A stretch of 64,000 nucleotides of DNA from Eledone cirrhosa (lineage: Eukaryota): NCBI GenBank assembly GCA_964016885.1, contig OZ024751.1:16430001-16494000 (forward strand), in the 5' to 3' direction. Below the pieces are notes generated by a model. It was not told where the DNA came from, did not search any database, and saw only the letters and a list, made by a program, of their open reading frames with translations. Position 1 is the first letter of the stretch. Each line of letters begins with the position of its first letter. The translations under genes and the position numbers were made by a program. Positions 1-12,432 of this stretch are shown in pieces.

Positions 1-61
1 TTTAATCGTCCTTGCCCTCTCTCCCCAAAATTGATGGCTTTTTGCATAAATCAGAAACCAT

Positions 62-247
62 TGATTGGCAATATCAATAGAGGGTCGGACACCATACTTT
101 CTAGCATAGAGTTACGTCCCGTTACGGTCTGAGTTCAAATCCCACCGAGGATAACTTTGCCTTTCATCCTTACGGGGTCGATAAAATAAAGTACCAGTAA
201 TGCACTGATATAATTGCTGGCCTTGTGCCAAAAGTAGAAACAATTAT
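62..247 (+). mobile_element. tRNA-derived SINE (family A)
   Basis: A-box-like TGGCAATATCAATAG, B-box GAGTTCAAATCC, central GCCTTTCATCCTTACGGGGTCGATAAAATAAAGTACCAG and ATT-rich tail; matches ~20 other copies in the window. Confidence 0.85.
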
Positions 248-279
248 TTGTGTCAATCAATGTTCATTTATAGGAAAGG

Positions 280-480
280 TTTAGAGCCAGTTGGATGGAC
301 TACCTGCACTTGTAATTCAATGGCTCAGCCTTGTCACACACAGGGACACGCGCAGCCTCACTGAAAAGTATATTAAAGGTATACGTGTCTATGAAAGCCC
401 CAGTCCCTTCACCAAAATTTAGCGAGTAAGCCGTTCCGTTGATCAAAGAACCTAAACACTTAATCAGTGAAAACCGATCA
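280..480. mobile_element. Second SINE-like repeat fragment (family B), also at ~5720-5930
   Basis: Shared TGTAATTCAA..AGCC(C)TTG..CAC..CTGAA..GTGTCT.TGAAA..CCGTT segments between the two loci. Confidence 0.5.
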
Positions 481-891
481 AGGCCTATTTATTTTGATCT
501 AATCATTCATTTTCGATCATGCTCGAACATTTTCGTTAATCAAATTATTTTTTTAATCAACGCGTTTTAAGATATTTCTTTATCAACGCGTTTTAAATTA
601 TTTCAAACGCACTCATTAATTGAAATTTATTGACATTTCTAGATGTCTTTAATGCCGATATCATGCGTTTGCAGTTAGCTTGTAATATACTGTTATGTGC
701 AAGTATGAGTAGAAAATACCATATAATATATATATAATTTGTGGGAATTATATAGATGTAACAGATTAATACATCTCAGATATTACATACATACATAAAT
801 TTATATTATATATATAATATATATGTATATATGTTCATATATACATATATATATCTGCATATTTATATATATGCACATATATATATATATG

Positions 892-961
<70 letters not shown>

Positions 962-1070
962 TATATATATATGCACATATATATATGTGCATATATATAT
1001 ATGCACATATATTTAGTCCAGAATTAGCCGTCGAAACGGCTTGAGCTCAGCCGTCGGAGTCCTACTCGTT

Positions 1071-1133
<63 letters not shown>

Positions 1134-3059
1134 AAATCGATATGTATGCATATGTGTGTGTATGTGTGCTAGCGTTTGTGTAAACATTCTAGTATATCTA
1201 CACACTCGCTCAATCATATTACGTTGTAATAAGTACAGTAGTTCTAAAAATAAAAAGCAAATGAGGAAGCAGGATCATCAATCAAAGCACCTCCTTTCTA
1301 GAATTTTCCATGTTAAATCAGACGTTTGCCAAATTCTTATAAAAATCCATTAAATCGTCATCAGCAACAAGCAGTAAAAGGAACAGCGTCAGCAACTGCA
1401 GTGAAAGCGACAGCAAGGTATTAAAAGCTTATTATGACGATGGGTACGTTAAGGGTGGTGAACATATGGAATTATATGGAAAGAGTTAGCAGAAGGAGCG
1501 GGAGACGTGTTATACGTATATATATTTTAGTTATTTATTTTGCTGTGATATTTAAGAACCGGTGTTAAAGGCATGGCAGCTGAATTTAATTTTATGAATC
1601 TTATTTCTTCAAATTATGTCTTAGCATTCGTTTTGTTATAAATATTATGTAGATGTAAGATTAGAAATTGCATGATATGCCATACTAATTGTAAAACGCT
1701 ATTAACTGAGGACGAACAATTAATAAATTTTAATCAATAAAATACACTCAAAATTGATGCGATTATAGTAATAACTTAATTATATAGAAAATATAAACTG
1801 TACGTTTTGCACATCTTCTCATTTATAATAAATAATCTAAAAATGTTTATGTAATTTTCTAATTAACTGGCGTAAAGTGTAACCAAAAAAACATTATTCC
1901 CATCTCTAAACCATTCCATACACTATTAGGAGTCTTCGTTATTAAATCAATAGTGCTGATGTATATAACTCTATGTATACGGCTCGTAACTGCTGATGGA
2001 GTCGTAGAGGTTTCTTATTGAGCATTTTAAAGCTGACAGGACCCATCTCCGTTCCAGGGCCGAACGCAGTTGATTTCTTTCGGAGAAGAGGGAGTAATAT
2101 AGAGGAAGTGAGAAAGAAATGCAATGAAAAATGAACCCAAGTATTCGACTGGTGCTTTTTTAATTGACCAGGCAAAGTTGAAAGTTATCAGAGCGCAGAG
2201 AGAGAAAGCGGATGCCACTATGCTTTCTATTAATCTATAAAGGAACTTACGGCAGAGTCGCATCATTCCTGTGGGTGGCGTAGAAGTGCCGCATTGATAT
2301 GTGGCATTTCTAGGGCATTTTAAAACATGGCAGAGCCCAATCCTCTCCAGGTTTGAATATAGCAGATTTGTTTCACAGAAGGGTAGAGAGTGAGAAAATA
2401 GAAGTCAGAAAGAGATATAAAAGAAGAATCAACCCCAGTACTTGACTGGTACTTTGTTTATCGACCTTGAATGAATGAAAGGCAAAGTTGTTCTCTGAAC
2501 TTAGAGAGAACAGAGCCGAACCGAATACCGCCAAGTATTCTATCCAATGTTCTAAGGACTCTGCCAATCCGTCGCCTATGAAAGAATTGATACCACTTTA
2601 CAGATAACCCCCTTCAACCGCTTCCTTGGAGTCGACTGAAGCATTGCAGTGCAATGCAACAAAAAGTCATAACTTCTGGAGTTCGCAACCGATTTTCACA
2701 AAACTTGACACATGGGCTACGTTTGTTCTACAGATGGATTTTGAACTCTCAGAATTGGCACATATTGAGTAGGGGACCCCCTGGGGGCAGGAACCGCCTT
2801 TTGGAAAAAGTCGATGATTTTGTAAAAGTATAATTTTCGAAGCAGCACTGAAGTATAGACATAAATGGTATACATAACTGCTATTTAATATATATATATC
2901 TCTTTAACTTTATACAAATCTTTTAAATATCTTCGTTTGTTTTACAATGTCCCCGAGTACTTCCCCATATATTTGTATACTTTCCTCGTCGTTTCTATCT
3001 CCAGATTTATTTCTGCAACGATTCAACTTTCGAACATTTCCTGTAATTGTATATGAATA

Positions 3060-3330
3060 TGACGGTCTCTGTAATTGTTCTTCATAACCAAACTTCTTCT
3101 TCTTCTTCTTCTTTCTTGCTTTCTTTTTCTTCTTCTTCTTTCTTCTTTTTTCTGGTTTTTCTTTTTCTTCCTTTTCTTCTTTTTCTTTTTCGTTTTTTTC
3201 TTCTTTTCGTTTTCGTTTTTTTCTTCTTTTACTTTTTGTCTTCTTTTCCTTTTTTCTTCTTTTTCTTGTTCTTCTTGTTCTTCTTGTTCTTCTTTTTCTT
3301 GTTATCATTATAATTATTATTGCTATTATC
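3060..3330. repeat. Polypyrimidine (TTC/TTTTC)n low-complexity tract
   Basis: Directly visible; generates the K/R- and F-rich ORFs. Confidence 0.9.
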
Positions 3331-3787
3331 ATAGGCGGTTTTTTTTTTTTTTTTTTTTTAATATCATGCCGAACACGGAATCTTTATATTATCATGTGCT
3401 ACATTATTTAAAAAAAAACAAAAAAAAAAAAACACAGACACACAAAAAAACTTAATTCCGTTAGAAATCTTACTTTAAGATGTGTGTAAAAGCAAAGATT
3501 TATGTAAATGGTGGTTACTATAGAAACAGTTGTTACAATTAAAAGGCGTCGACTGTCTGAATGAAGTTACAACGGAAGTTGCAAAGTCGCCGTATCAGCT
3601 AGAATTGTAAACGACAAACAGAGATAGAAACAATAAGTTAGATCAAAGGGGTTTTGCTTGTAATAAAGACGCCCCTGCTTCATTACCGCCATTATCACCA
3701 CCATTATCACTATTATCACCATTAGTACCACTACAACAGACACCGCCTTCACCAACCAGACCATCATCAACAAAAGCAACACAATGA

Positions 3788-4970
3788 CAGACCAGCATCA
3801 CTATCACAGACCACCAACAACACCACAACCACACCCAACAGCATCAACACCAACAAAACCACCACCTCCACCACCACCGACATCACAACAGACCAGCATC
3901 ACTATCACAGACCACCAACAACACCACAACCACACCCAACAGCATCAACACCAACAAAACCACCACCTCCACCACCACCGACATCACAACAGACCAGCAT
4001 CACTATCACAGACCACCAACAACACCACAACCACACCCAACAGCATCAACACCAACAAAACCACCACCTCCACCACCACTGACATCACAACAGACCAGCA
4101 TCACTATCACAGACCACCAACAACACCACAACCACAACCAACAGCATCAACACCAACAAAACCACCACCTCCACCACCACCGACATCACAACAGACCAGC
4201 ATCACTATCACAGACCACCAACAACACCACAACCACAATCAACAGCATCAACACCAACAAAACCACCACCTCCACCACCACTGACATCACAACAGACCAG
4301 CATCACTATCACAGACCACCAACAACACCACAACCACAATCAACAGCATCAACACCAACAAAACCACCACCTCCACCACCACTGACATCACAACAGACCA
4401 GCATCACTATCACAGACCACCAACAACACCACAACCACAATCAACAGCATCAACACCAACAAAACCACCACCTCCACCACCACCGACATCACAACAGACC
4501 AGCATCACTATCACAGACCACCAACAACACCACAACCACACCCAACAGCATCAACACCAACAAAACCACCAACAAAACCACCACCTCCACCACCACCGAC
4601 ATCACAACAGACCAGCATCACTATCACAGACCACCAACAACACCACAACCACAATCAACAGCATCAACACCAACAAAACCACCAACAAAACCACCACCTC
4701 CACCACCACCGACACCACAACAGACCAGCATCACTATCACAGACCACCAACAACACCACAACCACAACCAACAGCATCAACACCAACAAAACCACCACCT
4801 CCACCACCACTGACATAACAACAGACCAGCATCACTATCACAGACCACCAACAACACCACAACCACAATCAACAGCATCAACACCAACAAAACCACCACC
4901 TCCACCACCACTGACACCACAACAGACCAGCATCACTATCACATACCACCAACAACACCACAACCACAAC
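3788..4970. repeat. Minisatellite, 101-bp CA-rich unit x12 (two units 113 bp)
   Basis: CAGACCAGCATC recurs at 3788, 3889, 3990, 4091, 4192, 4293, 4394, 4495, 4608, 4721, 4822, 4923. Confidence 0.95.
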
Positions 4971-5054
4971 GAACACCACCAGTACACCTATCAATAAACC
5001 ACCAGCACCACCACCAACAAAACCTCCACCACCAGCAGCAATAACAACACCACC

Positions 5055-5098
<44 letters not shown>

Positions 5099-5101
<3 letters not shown>

Positions 5102-5663
5102 CGTTTCTGAATTTGTTTAGCAAGATTCTTTATCTGAAATCGTGTGTTGAAACCGATATTGTTATACTTTGGGAGGGTCATGTTGCCAATAAGAAACACA
5201 CGCACCAGTTGCTTTCACTTCAATTTAATTTATTAAATATTTATAAATTTACAAATTTATAAATTTCTGGTTGGTTGGTTGGTTCCACAACCAGATAGTT
5301 GTTTATATATATATAGTCATAGTTCTTTCGTCACACACTCTGTGACCTCTTCAGTGACTGGGGATTTCTTTCTTCGTTTCTGTGCCTTTCCTTTCTTCTA
5401 TCCTACGCCATTTTGTTGGCGTAGGATAGAAGAAAGGAAAGGCACAGAAACGAAGAAAGAAATCCCCAGTCACTGAAGAGGTCACAGAGTGTGTGACGAA
5501 AGAACTATGACTATATATATATAAACAACTATCTGGTTGTGGAACCAACCAACCAACCAGAAATTTATAAATTTGTAAATTTATAAATATTTAATAAATT
5601 AAATTGAAGTGAAAGCAACTGGTGCGTGTGTTTCTTATTGGCAACATGACCCTCCCAAAGTAT

Positions 5664-5671
<8 letters not shown>
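5099..5671. mobile_element. Fold-back element (family P1): 255-bp inverted arms 5156-5410/5417-5671 with 6-nt loop, flanked by (TA)n
   Basis: Arms are reverse complements (near-identical ORFs reported on both strands); homologues at 27006-27466, 40341-40894, 56093-56359. Confidence 0.9.
5468..5512 (+). ncRNA. Type I minimal hammerhead ribozyme (family P1); mirror copy 5315-5359 on minus strand
   Basis: AGUCA-CUGAAGA-G-GUCACA(gagug)UGUGAC-GAAA-G(aa)C-UA/UGACU; stems I-III pair. Confidence 0.75.
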
Positions 5672-5703
<32 letters not shown>

Positions 5704-7312
5704 TTTCAAGTTACAATGCTTAAATAGGTGTTCATTGCACCTGTAATTCAAGCCCTTGAACACGTGACATGTCACACTTTGCATCACGCTGAATCTTCCC
5801 GAGAACTACGCTGATGATGCAAGTGTCTGTGAAATGCTTAACCACTTACGAGTTAATTTCCCGAGCAGGCAGGACCGTTCATTAAATCAACTGGAACACT
5901 TGTCTTCGGAAACAATGTAAGCCCAACAATTGGAAATTACTGTCACCCTTTTCCCTACTCTCTTCCCCTCTTCCGTGGTCCTATAATCCTTGTGTTTCCC
6001 TTCCTTTTCCTGTTATTTATAGCATGTATAACTTTTCTTCTACTCTCCTTTACAACCGTATATACCGTTCTTTACCTCGTCACCTCTCTGTTCATTAATT
6101 TTGTTTTTATCCTTTGTTTTTTCATACTTACATCATTGTATAACTTCTTTATATTTCCATTATTTTACGATATCAAATATAACATTTAGTATGATTGCTT
6201 TGAATCTCACGAATTAAGAGTTTGTAAAATTACGAAAACGTTTACACTTTCCCTGAAATATGACAGCTGCCAGATGTTAAATTTTTCTTCCTACTGAAGC
6301 AGGTGAACTTATCCAAATTCACAAAGTTTACGTTTTTTTTCTTGAATTCTCTATTTGTTTTCTGTTAAAAAGCATTATATAGAGTATACTAATGTAATTT
6401 ACTTTACCGCTTTCCTGGCATTAACAGTCATGTCCTTTTCTTCTTATCTTCCAATCATTAAATAAATATACTTTCACCTACGAAAGTTGACATATAGGAT
6501 TTCCTTTTGTTTTCTACGTTATGTATGCATTCATTAAGTGTTCTGCAAATTATTCCATCTGATCTAGTTTATCTGATGTTATTGTTAGAAGTGATGCAAT
6601 TACATATGTTTCATATTGTAGCTTATGTTATAGTGACGGCGGGAAAGATATTGGTGGTGTTATAGTGCTAATGATGATGGTAGCATGATGGTGGTGGAGA
6701 TGGCAGTGGTTACAATGTAGTAGCAATAACTGCACAATTAAATCGTTATGTAGTCGTAGACGAATGGTGTTAAGTATCTAAAACGTATCAACAAATGTGG
6801 TGTAGTAATACACCGTTATAAAATAAATATCCGATATCGATTAGAAATCACAGAGAAGTGATAAATTATGTTCTGCAAATCATCAATCAAGCAATGTTTT
6901 CCTCAGGTTACACGTTAAACAATGTCATTACGAATATATAAATCACATCAAGTCATTGTAATCGACAGCCTACAAGTTAAATAGACGTATATGTGGCTGA
7001 ATATTCTACGCATATGTGTACTCTTGGTATGATTCCCATTGTGTCAACCAGTGACAAAAGTGGCCATTTAATTACAGACACAGCCCCTCCGACGTTCTTC
7101 AAATAATTTCCGCCTACACAATTTAACTAACAAGGCTAGGAACAGAACCCATTACCTCATATTTACAAACCGAACGTCTTAAGCATACAGCCATGCTGTG
7201 GTAAATTGTATGCATGTGTGTATGGATCCGTAACTGTGGGTGGAGTTGCAGGGGTGCCGTCGTGATACACGGCATTTCTCTCCAGGTCCACACGATCAGA
7301 CACACATACTTC

Positions 7313-7411
<99 letters not shown>

Positions 7412-7521
7412 GTAATAATAAAAATTTGAAGACTAAAATCCAAAGAGGGCTCGATAAGGATAAATATATATCAAATATATAATAACTGTAGAGCAAATAT
7501 TTATTAAAATAACAGACTGTT

Positions 7522-7572
7522 AGTTTCAGAAGATCCCGTTAAGGGTGAAAGCAGCGTTTCTTTGCTTAAACT
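7522..7572 (+). ncRNA. Type I hammerhead-like ribozyme with A4 core variant; copies 25154-25204(-) and 50553-50603(+)
   Basis: AGUUU-CAGAAGA-U-CCC(guuaa)GGG-U-GAAA-GCA(9 nt)UGC-UU/AAACU. Confidence 0.65.
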
Positions 7573-7587
7573 TTGATCTGTTATTTT

Positions 7588-7628
<41 letters not shown>

Positions 7629-8488
7629 ATACATACATATTTCTCCCGAATGTAACAGTTCTAGCTCTGTAGAAGCCTTTTCTATATTAAACATTTATAC
7701 TCTGCTTTGTATTGAGTACCTTACTTACTGTGGTTACCTCCGATTTAACCCGGAATAACTTATATATATATATAGGATAGCAAGTTATCATTATAGGTAA
7801 TCCAGTTAGAGGTTGTGAGTACACTGAATTGTGGATAGTTTTATCATACGGCTTTGTTTGACTCATGATTCAACCCAACAATCTCAAAATTCCAGCTGAA
7901 CCACCTGAATTTTAATGTACGGAATACATACCACCACACTGTTATTAGCTGTCAACTGACCGTCTGGTCACTTGATCATAAATCTCCTAACCTTTCTTTC
8001 ACTCTCTCTCCCTAAAGCCACATCCACCCCATTAAGATAAGACAATCAGCATGCTAAACATTTACCACACACACATATCAACATACCCCTTCCCCGTCCT
8101 TAGCCCTACGCCTTATGTCTCATCCTTGTATCTCTCACTTAATTTTTAATTTATTGTTTTTTATCTTCTATCTGTCATTTGTTACTTCCTCCTATTCTCT
8201 ACGTCTAACCATTTGACCACCACGTACGTGTGTATCTAATGTTGCTTTTCATGTTAATATTACCTCCACCCTCATATCTTTATACATACACTTACTCATC
8301 ACCATCACTATTATCAACTATCGTATTCTGTACTTATATGTTTTTTTACTTATGTTTTTATTATTTTACTTTTTTTACTTTTTACATCTGTAACTTCTTT
8401 ACCCCTTTATCATTATATTTTATTATTGATGATATTGTTTTGATTCTACGCTGCATTTATATATACCATTGCCATATGTGAGTTCTCT

Positions 8489-8601
8489 AGTATTCTGAGG
8501 ATTTGATCAGATGTAAACACTGTATTTAAGGTCGTGTGATGCAACTTTGAGTGATTAGCGGCCTTTAGACTAACCTGATCAATGAAACAATTGTTAATAC
8601 T
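8489..8601 (+). ncRNA. Type I hammerhead ribozyme with long stem II insertion
   Basis: AGUAUU-CUGAGGA-U-UUGAUCAG..64 nt..CUGAUCAA-U-GAAA-CAAUUG-UU/AAUACU; palindromic stem III; 3' half also at ~20775-20800(-). Confidence 0.75.
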
Positions 8602-8650
8602 TGAAATAAAGCCCCTTGTTGTACAGCCGACCATGTTATTCTTCAATCTT

Positions 8651-8699
<49 letters not shown>

Positions 8700-9192
8700 T
8701 ATGCCCCAGCATTGGACTGGTATTTTTTCTATAGACTTCAAAAGAATGATGAAAGGCAAAGTTGACCGTGGCAGGATTTGAACTAGGAACGGAACAAATT
8801 GGAACTAAAAACTGTAAAAGATTTTGTCCAATGTTCTAACGATACCGTCAATTTGGAGGAGGAGAAAGTGGATTAAATCGATCTCATTACTTAACTGGTG
8901 CCTTATTTTACCGTCACTAGAAAGGCGAAGGGATAAGGTGAACGTATAGGGTCGCAACTAGAAGCTTAAAAGGGTTATTCACCGTAATGTCTCTGTCAAT
9001 TCACCAGCCGAATAACACCCAGTAACAAAACGATATAGATAACAATACTAGCTGCGGTAACAATAGTACAAAATCAATAATAAATACGGGGACATCAACA
9101 TCAACATCACATTATAATGTGGTCTAATATAGAGAACATTACACCCCCCCCCCACAGACACACACAATATTATGATACCCAATAACAAAACA

Positions 9193-9687
9193 ATAATTGT
9201 TTCTACTTTAGGCACAAGGCCAGCAAATATCCAGTACATTACTGGTACTTTATTTTATCGACCCCGTAAGGATGAAAGGCAAAGTTAACCTCGGCGGGAT
9301 TTGAACTCAGACTGTAAAGGGACGTAACTATGCAGAAAGCATGGCGTCCAGCCCTCTACCGATACTGCCAAATGGTGTTGTGTTTTTGTACGTGGATGAC
9401 TCATTTATGTTTCAGTATCGAAATATAAATTCATACATATACAGAAACATATACATTATACAAAATAATGTTTCTACTTTAGGCAGAAGGCCAGCAAATA
9501 CCCAGTGCATTACTGGTACTTTATTTTATCGACCCCCGTGAGGTGGAAAGGCAAAGTCAACCTCAGCGGGATTTGAACTCAGATCGTAAAGGGACGTAAC
9601 TATGCTGGAAAGCATGGCGTCCGACCCTCTACCGATACTGCCAATAATCACACACACACACACACGCACGCACACACATACACACAC

Positions 9688-9726
<39 letters not shown>

Positions 9727-11495
9727 TACACACATACATACACATACTCACACGACACATATTTGTGTGTGCATGAATGAATTATTTTCTCTGAGTGTGT
9801 TCGTGTGTGTATGTAATAATTATTTCTAACTAGCGTTCTTCGAATGGCTACAGTGTGTATGTGTCTGAATGTATGTGTGTCTCAGTGTATGTGTGTCTGA
9901 TCGTATGTTTGTCTCAATGTGTGTGTGTCTGAGTGTATGTGTGAATGTGGTGTCCAATGAGCCAAGCCCCTAGCCATTTCGAAATACATTACAATTATCA
10001 ACGAAATACGACAGAAGTTGAAAGGTATATACAAATACACATTTACCATTTAGCCGTTAATTTTGACGGTACGGCGCCAGCTAATAATTGTTTCTACTTT
10101 TGGCACAAGGCCAGCAAATACCCAGTACATTACTGGTACTTTATTTTATCGACCCCGTATGGAGGAAAGGCAAAGTTAACCTCGACGGGATTTGAGCCCA
10201 GACCGTAATGGAGCGTAACACTATGTTGCAAAACATGGCGTCCGACCCTCTACCGATACTACCAATTCACCGCCGTTTTGGGGCCAGCTAATAATATCAA
10301 TAATACATAGCGTAACAAAAGTACAAAATCAATAATAAACACTAGGACATCAATAACAACAAACATTAACACCCATTATAATGTGATTTAATATAGAGAA
10401 CATAATGTACAAATATTATAACACTCAATAACAAAACAACAATAATATCAATAAAATCTGCCGTAACAAAAGCACAACATTAATGATAAACAGGAACATC
10501 TACGACAATGGTTTCTTATATAGGTAAAAAGCCAGCAATTCTGGGGAAGGGAAAAGTCGATTAAATCGACCCCAGAGCATGACTGGTACTTTATTTTATC
10601 AACCCCGTAAGGATGAAAGGCAAAGTTAACCTCGGCGGGATTTGAACTCAGATAATAAAGAGCTGTAACTCTATGCTGCAAAGCATGGCGTCCGATGCTC
10701 TACCGAAACCGCCAAACCACCGCCCTGAAATAATTGCTTCTACTTTTGGCACACGGCCAGCACATACCCCAGTGCATTACTGGTACTTTATTTTATCGAC
10801 CCCGTAACGATGAAAGGCAAATCAAACCTCGGCGAAATTTGAACTCAGAAAATGAAGGGTTATAACTCTGTGTTGCAAAGTATGGTGGTCGACGCTCTAC
10901 CGACACTGCCATTCAACCGCCCCGAAATAATTGTTTCTACTTTATTATAAATTCATATATCTACTATATATTTAGTCACATATTAGATTACGATTCATGA
11001 AATATGCACATACAGACAACATAAAGACAAGCACATATTGAAACATACACACCATACACACACACACACACACACATATTGTTATATTTGGGGAGGGCCA
11101 TATTGTTGTAACATTGTCAGAAATAATAATTGTTTCTACTTTTGGCACAAGGCCAGCAATTATCGCAGTGTATTACTGGTACTTTATTTTATCGACCCCG
11201 TAAGGTTGAAAGGCAAAGTTAACCTCGGCGGGATTTGAACTCAGTCCGTAAAGGGACGTAACTGTGCTGCAAAACATGGCGTCCGACCCTCTACCGATAC
11301 TGCCAATAATGATTGTTTCTACTTTTGGCACAAGGCCAGCAATTAACCAGTACATTACTGGTACTTTATTTTATCGACCCCGTAAGGTTGAAAGGCAAAG
11401 TTAACCTCGGCGGGATTTGAACTCAGTCCTTAAAGGGACGTAACTGTGCTGCAAAACATGGCGTCCGACCCTCTACCGATACTGCCAATCCGCCA
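9193..11495 (-). mobile_element. Cluster of 7 co-oriented family-A SINEs (approx. 9193-9371, 9463-9644, 10083-10274, 10505-10724, 10728-10922, 11124-11306, 11312-11495)
   Basis: Repeated ..ACTGGTACTTTATTTTATCGACCCCGTAAGGATGAAAGGCAAAGTTAACCTCGGCGGGATTTGAACTCAG.. Confidence 0.9.
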
Positions 11496-11679
11496 CCAAC
11501 AACCACAATAACAACACACTCTATAGTGTAATGTAATAATGGGAGACACGATTCAGCAGTAAAGCAGCCCCCTTATTATGCTGAGTAGCCTGAAAATGAC
11601 ATTTAAATTTCAATTGTTAATTAGATTTCTAAATGTTTACTCACAAATTAATATTTTGGTTAATTGAATTCAGTTTTAC

Positions 11680-11705
11680 AATGAAGATGATGATGGTGGT
11701 GGTGG

Positions 11706-11738
<33 letters not shown>

Positions 11739-12432
11739 TAGTGGTGGTGGTGGTGGTGGTTGTGGTGGTGATGGTGGTAGTGGTGGTGGTGGTGGTGGTG
11801 GTTGTGATGGTGGTAGTGGTGGTGGTAGTGGTGGTGGTGATGATGATGACGATGGTACGGACGATGATAATGATAATTGCGCTGCTGTTGATGATAATGC
11901 TGCTGCTACTGCTGCTACTACTGCTACTACTGCTACTACTGCTACTACTGCTGCAACTACTGCTGCAACTACTGCTACTACTGCTACTACTACTGCTACT
12001 ACTGCTGCTAATGCTGCTGCTACTACTGCTACTACTGCTACTACTGCTGCTACTACTGCTACTACTACTGCTACTACTGCTGCTAATGCTGCTACTACTG
12101 CTGCTACTACTACTACTGCTGCTACTACTTCTGCTATTACTGCTGCTAATGCTGCTACTACTGCTACTAATGCTGCTACTACTGCTACTACTTCTGCTAC
12201 TACTGCTGCTAATGCTGCTACTACTGCTACTACTGCTGTTACTACTGCTACTAATGCTGCTACTACTGCTACTACTTCTGCTATTACTGCTACTACTGCT
12301 GTTACTACTGCTACTACTTCTGCTATTACCTCTACTACTGCTGCTACTACTGCTACTACTTCTGCTACTGCTGCTGATACTGATGATTGTGATGCTGCTC
12401 TTACTGCTGATGTTCATGATGATAATGATGTA
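11680..12432. repeat. Compound trinucleotide repeat (GAT/GGT then GCT/ACT)n
   Basis: Directly visible; source of poly-V/poly-L and poly-S/T ORFs. Confidence 0.95.

Noticed and set aside
3784-4970. Mucin-like Pro/Thr/His-rich ORF, or CRISPR-like array
   Set aside because: Unit of 101 bp is not a multiple of 3 and shifts frame each copy; there are no unique spacers, so it is a minisatellite
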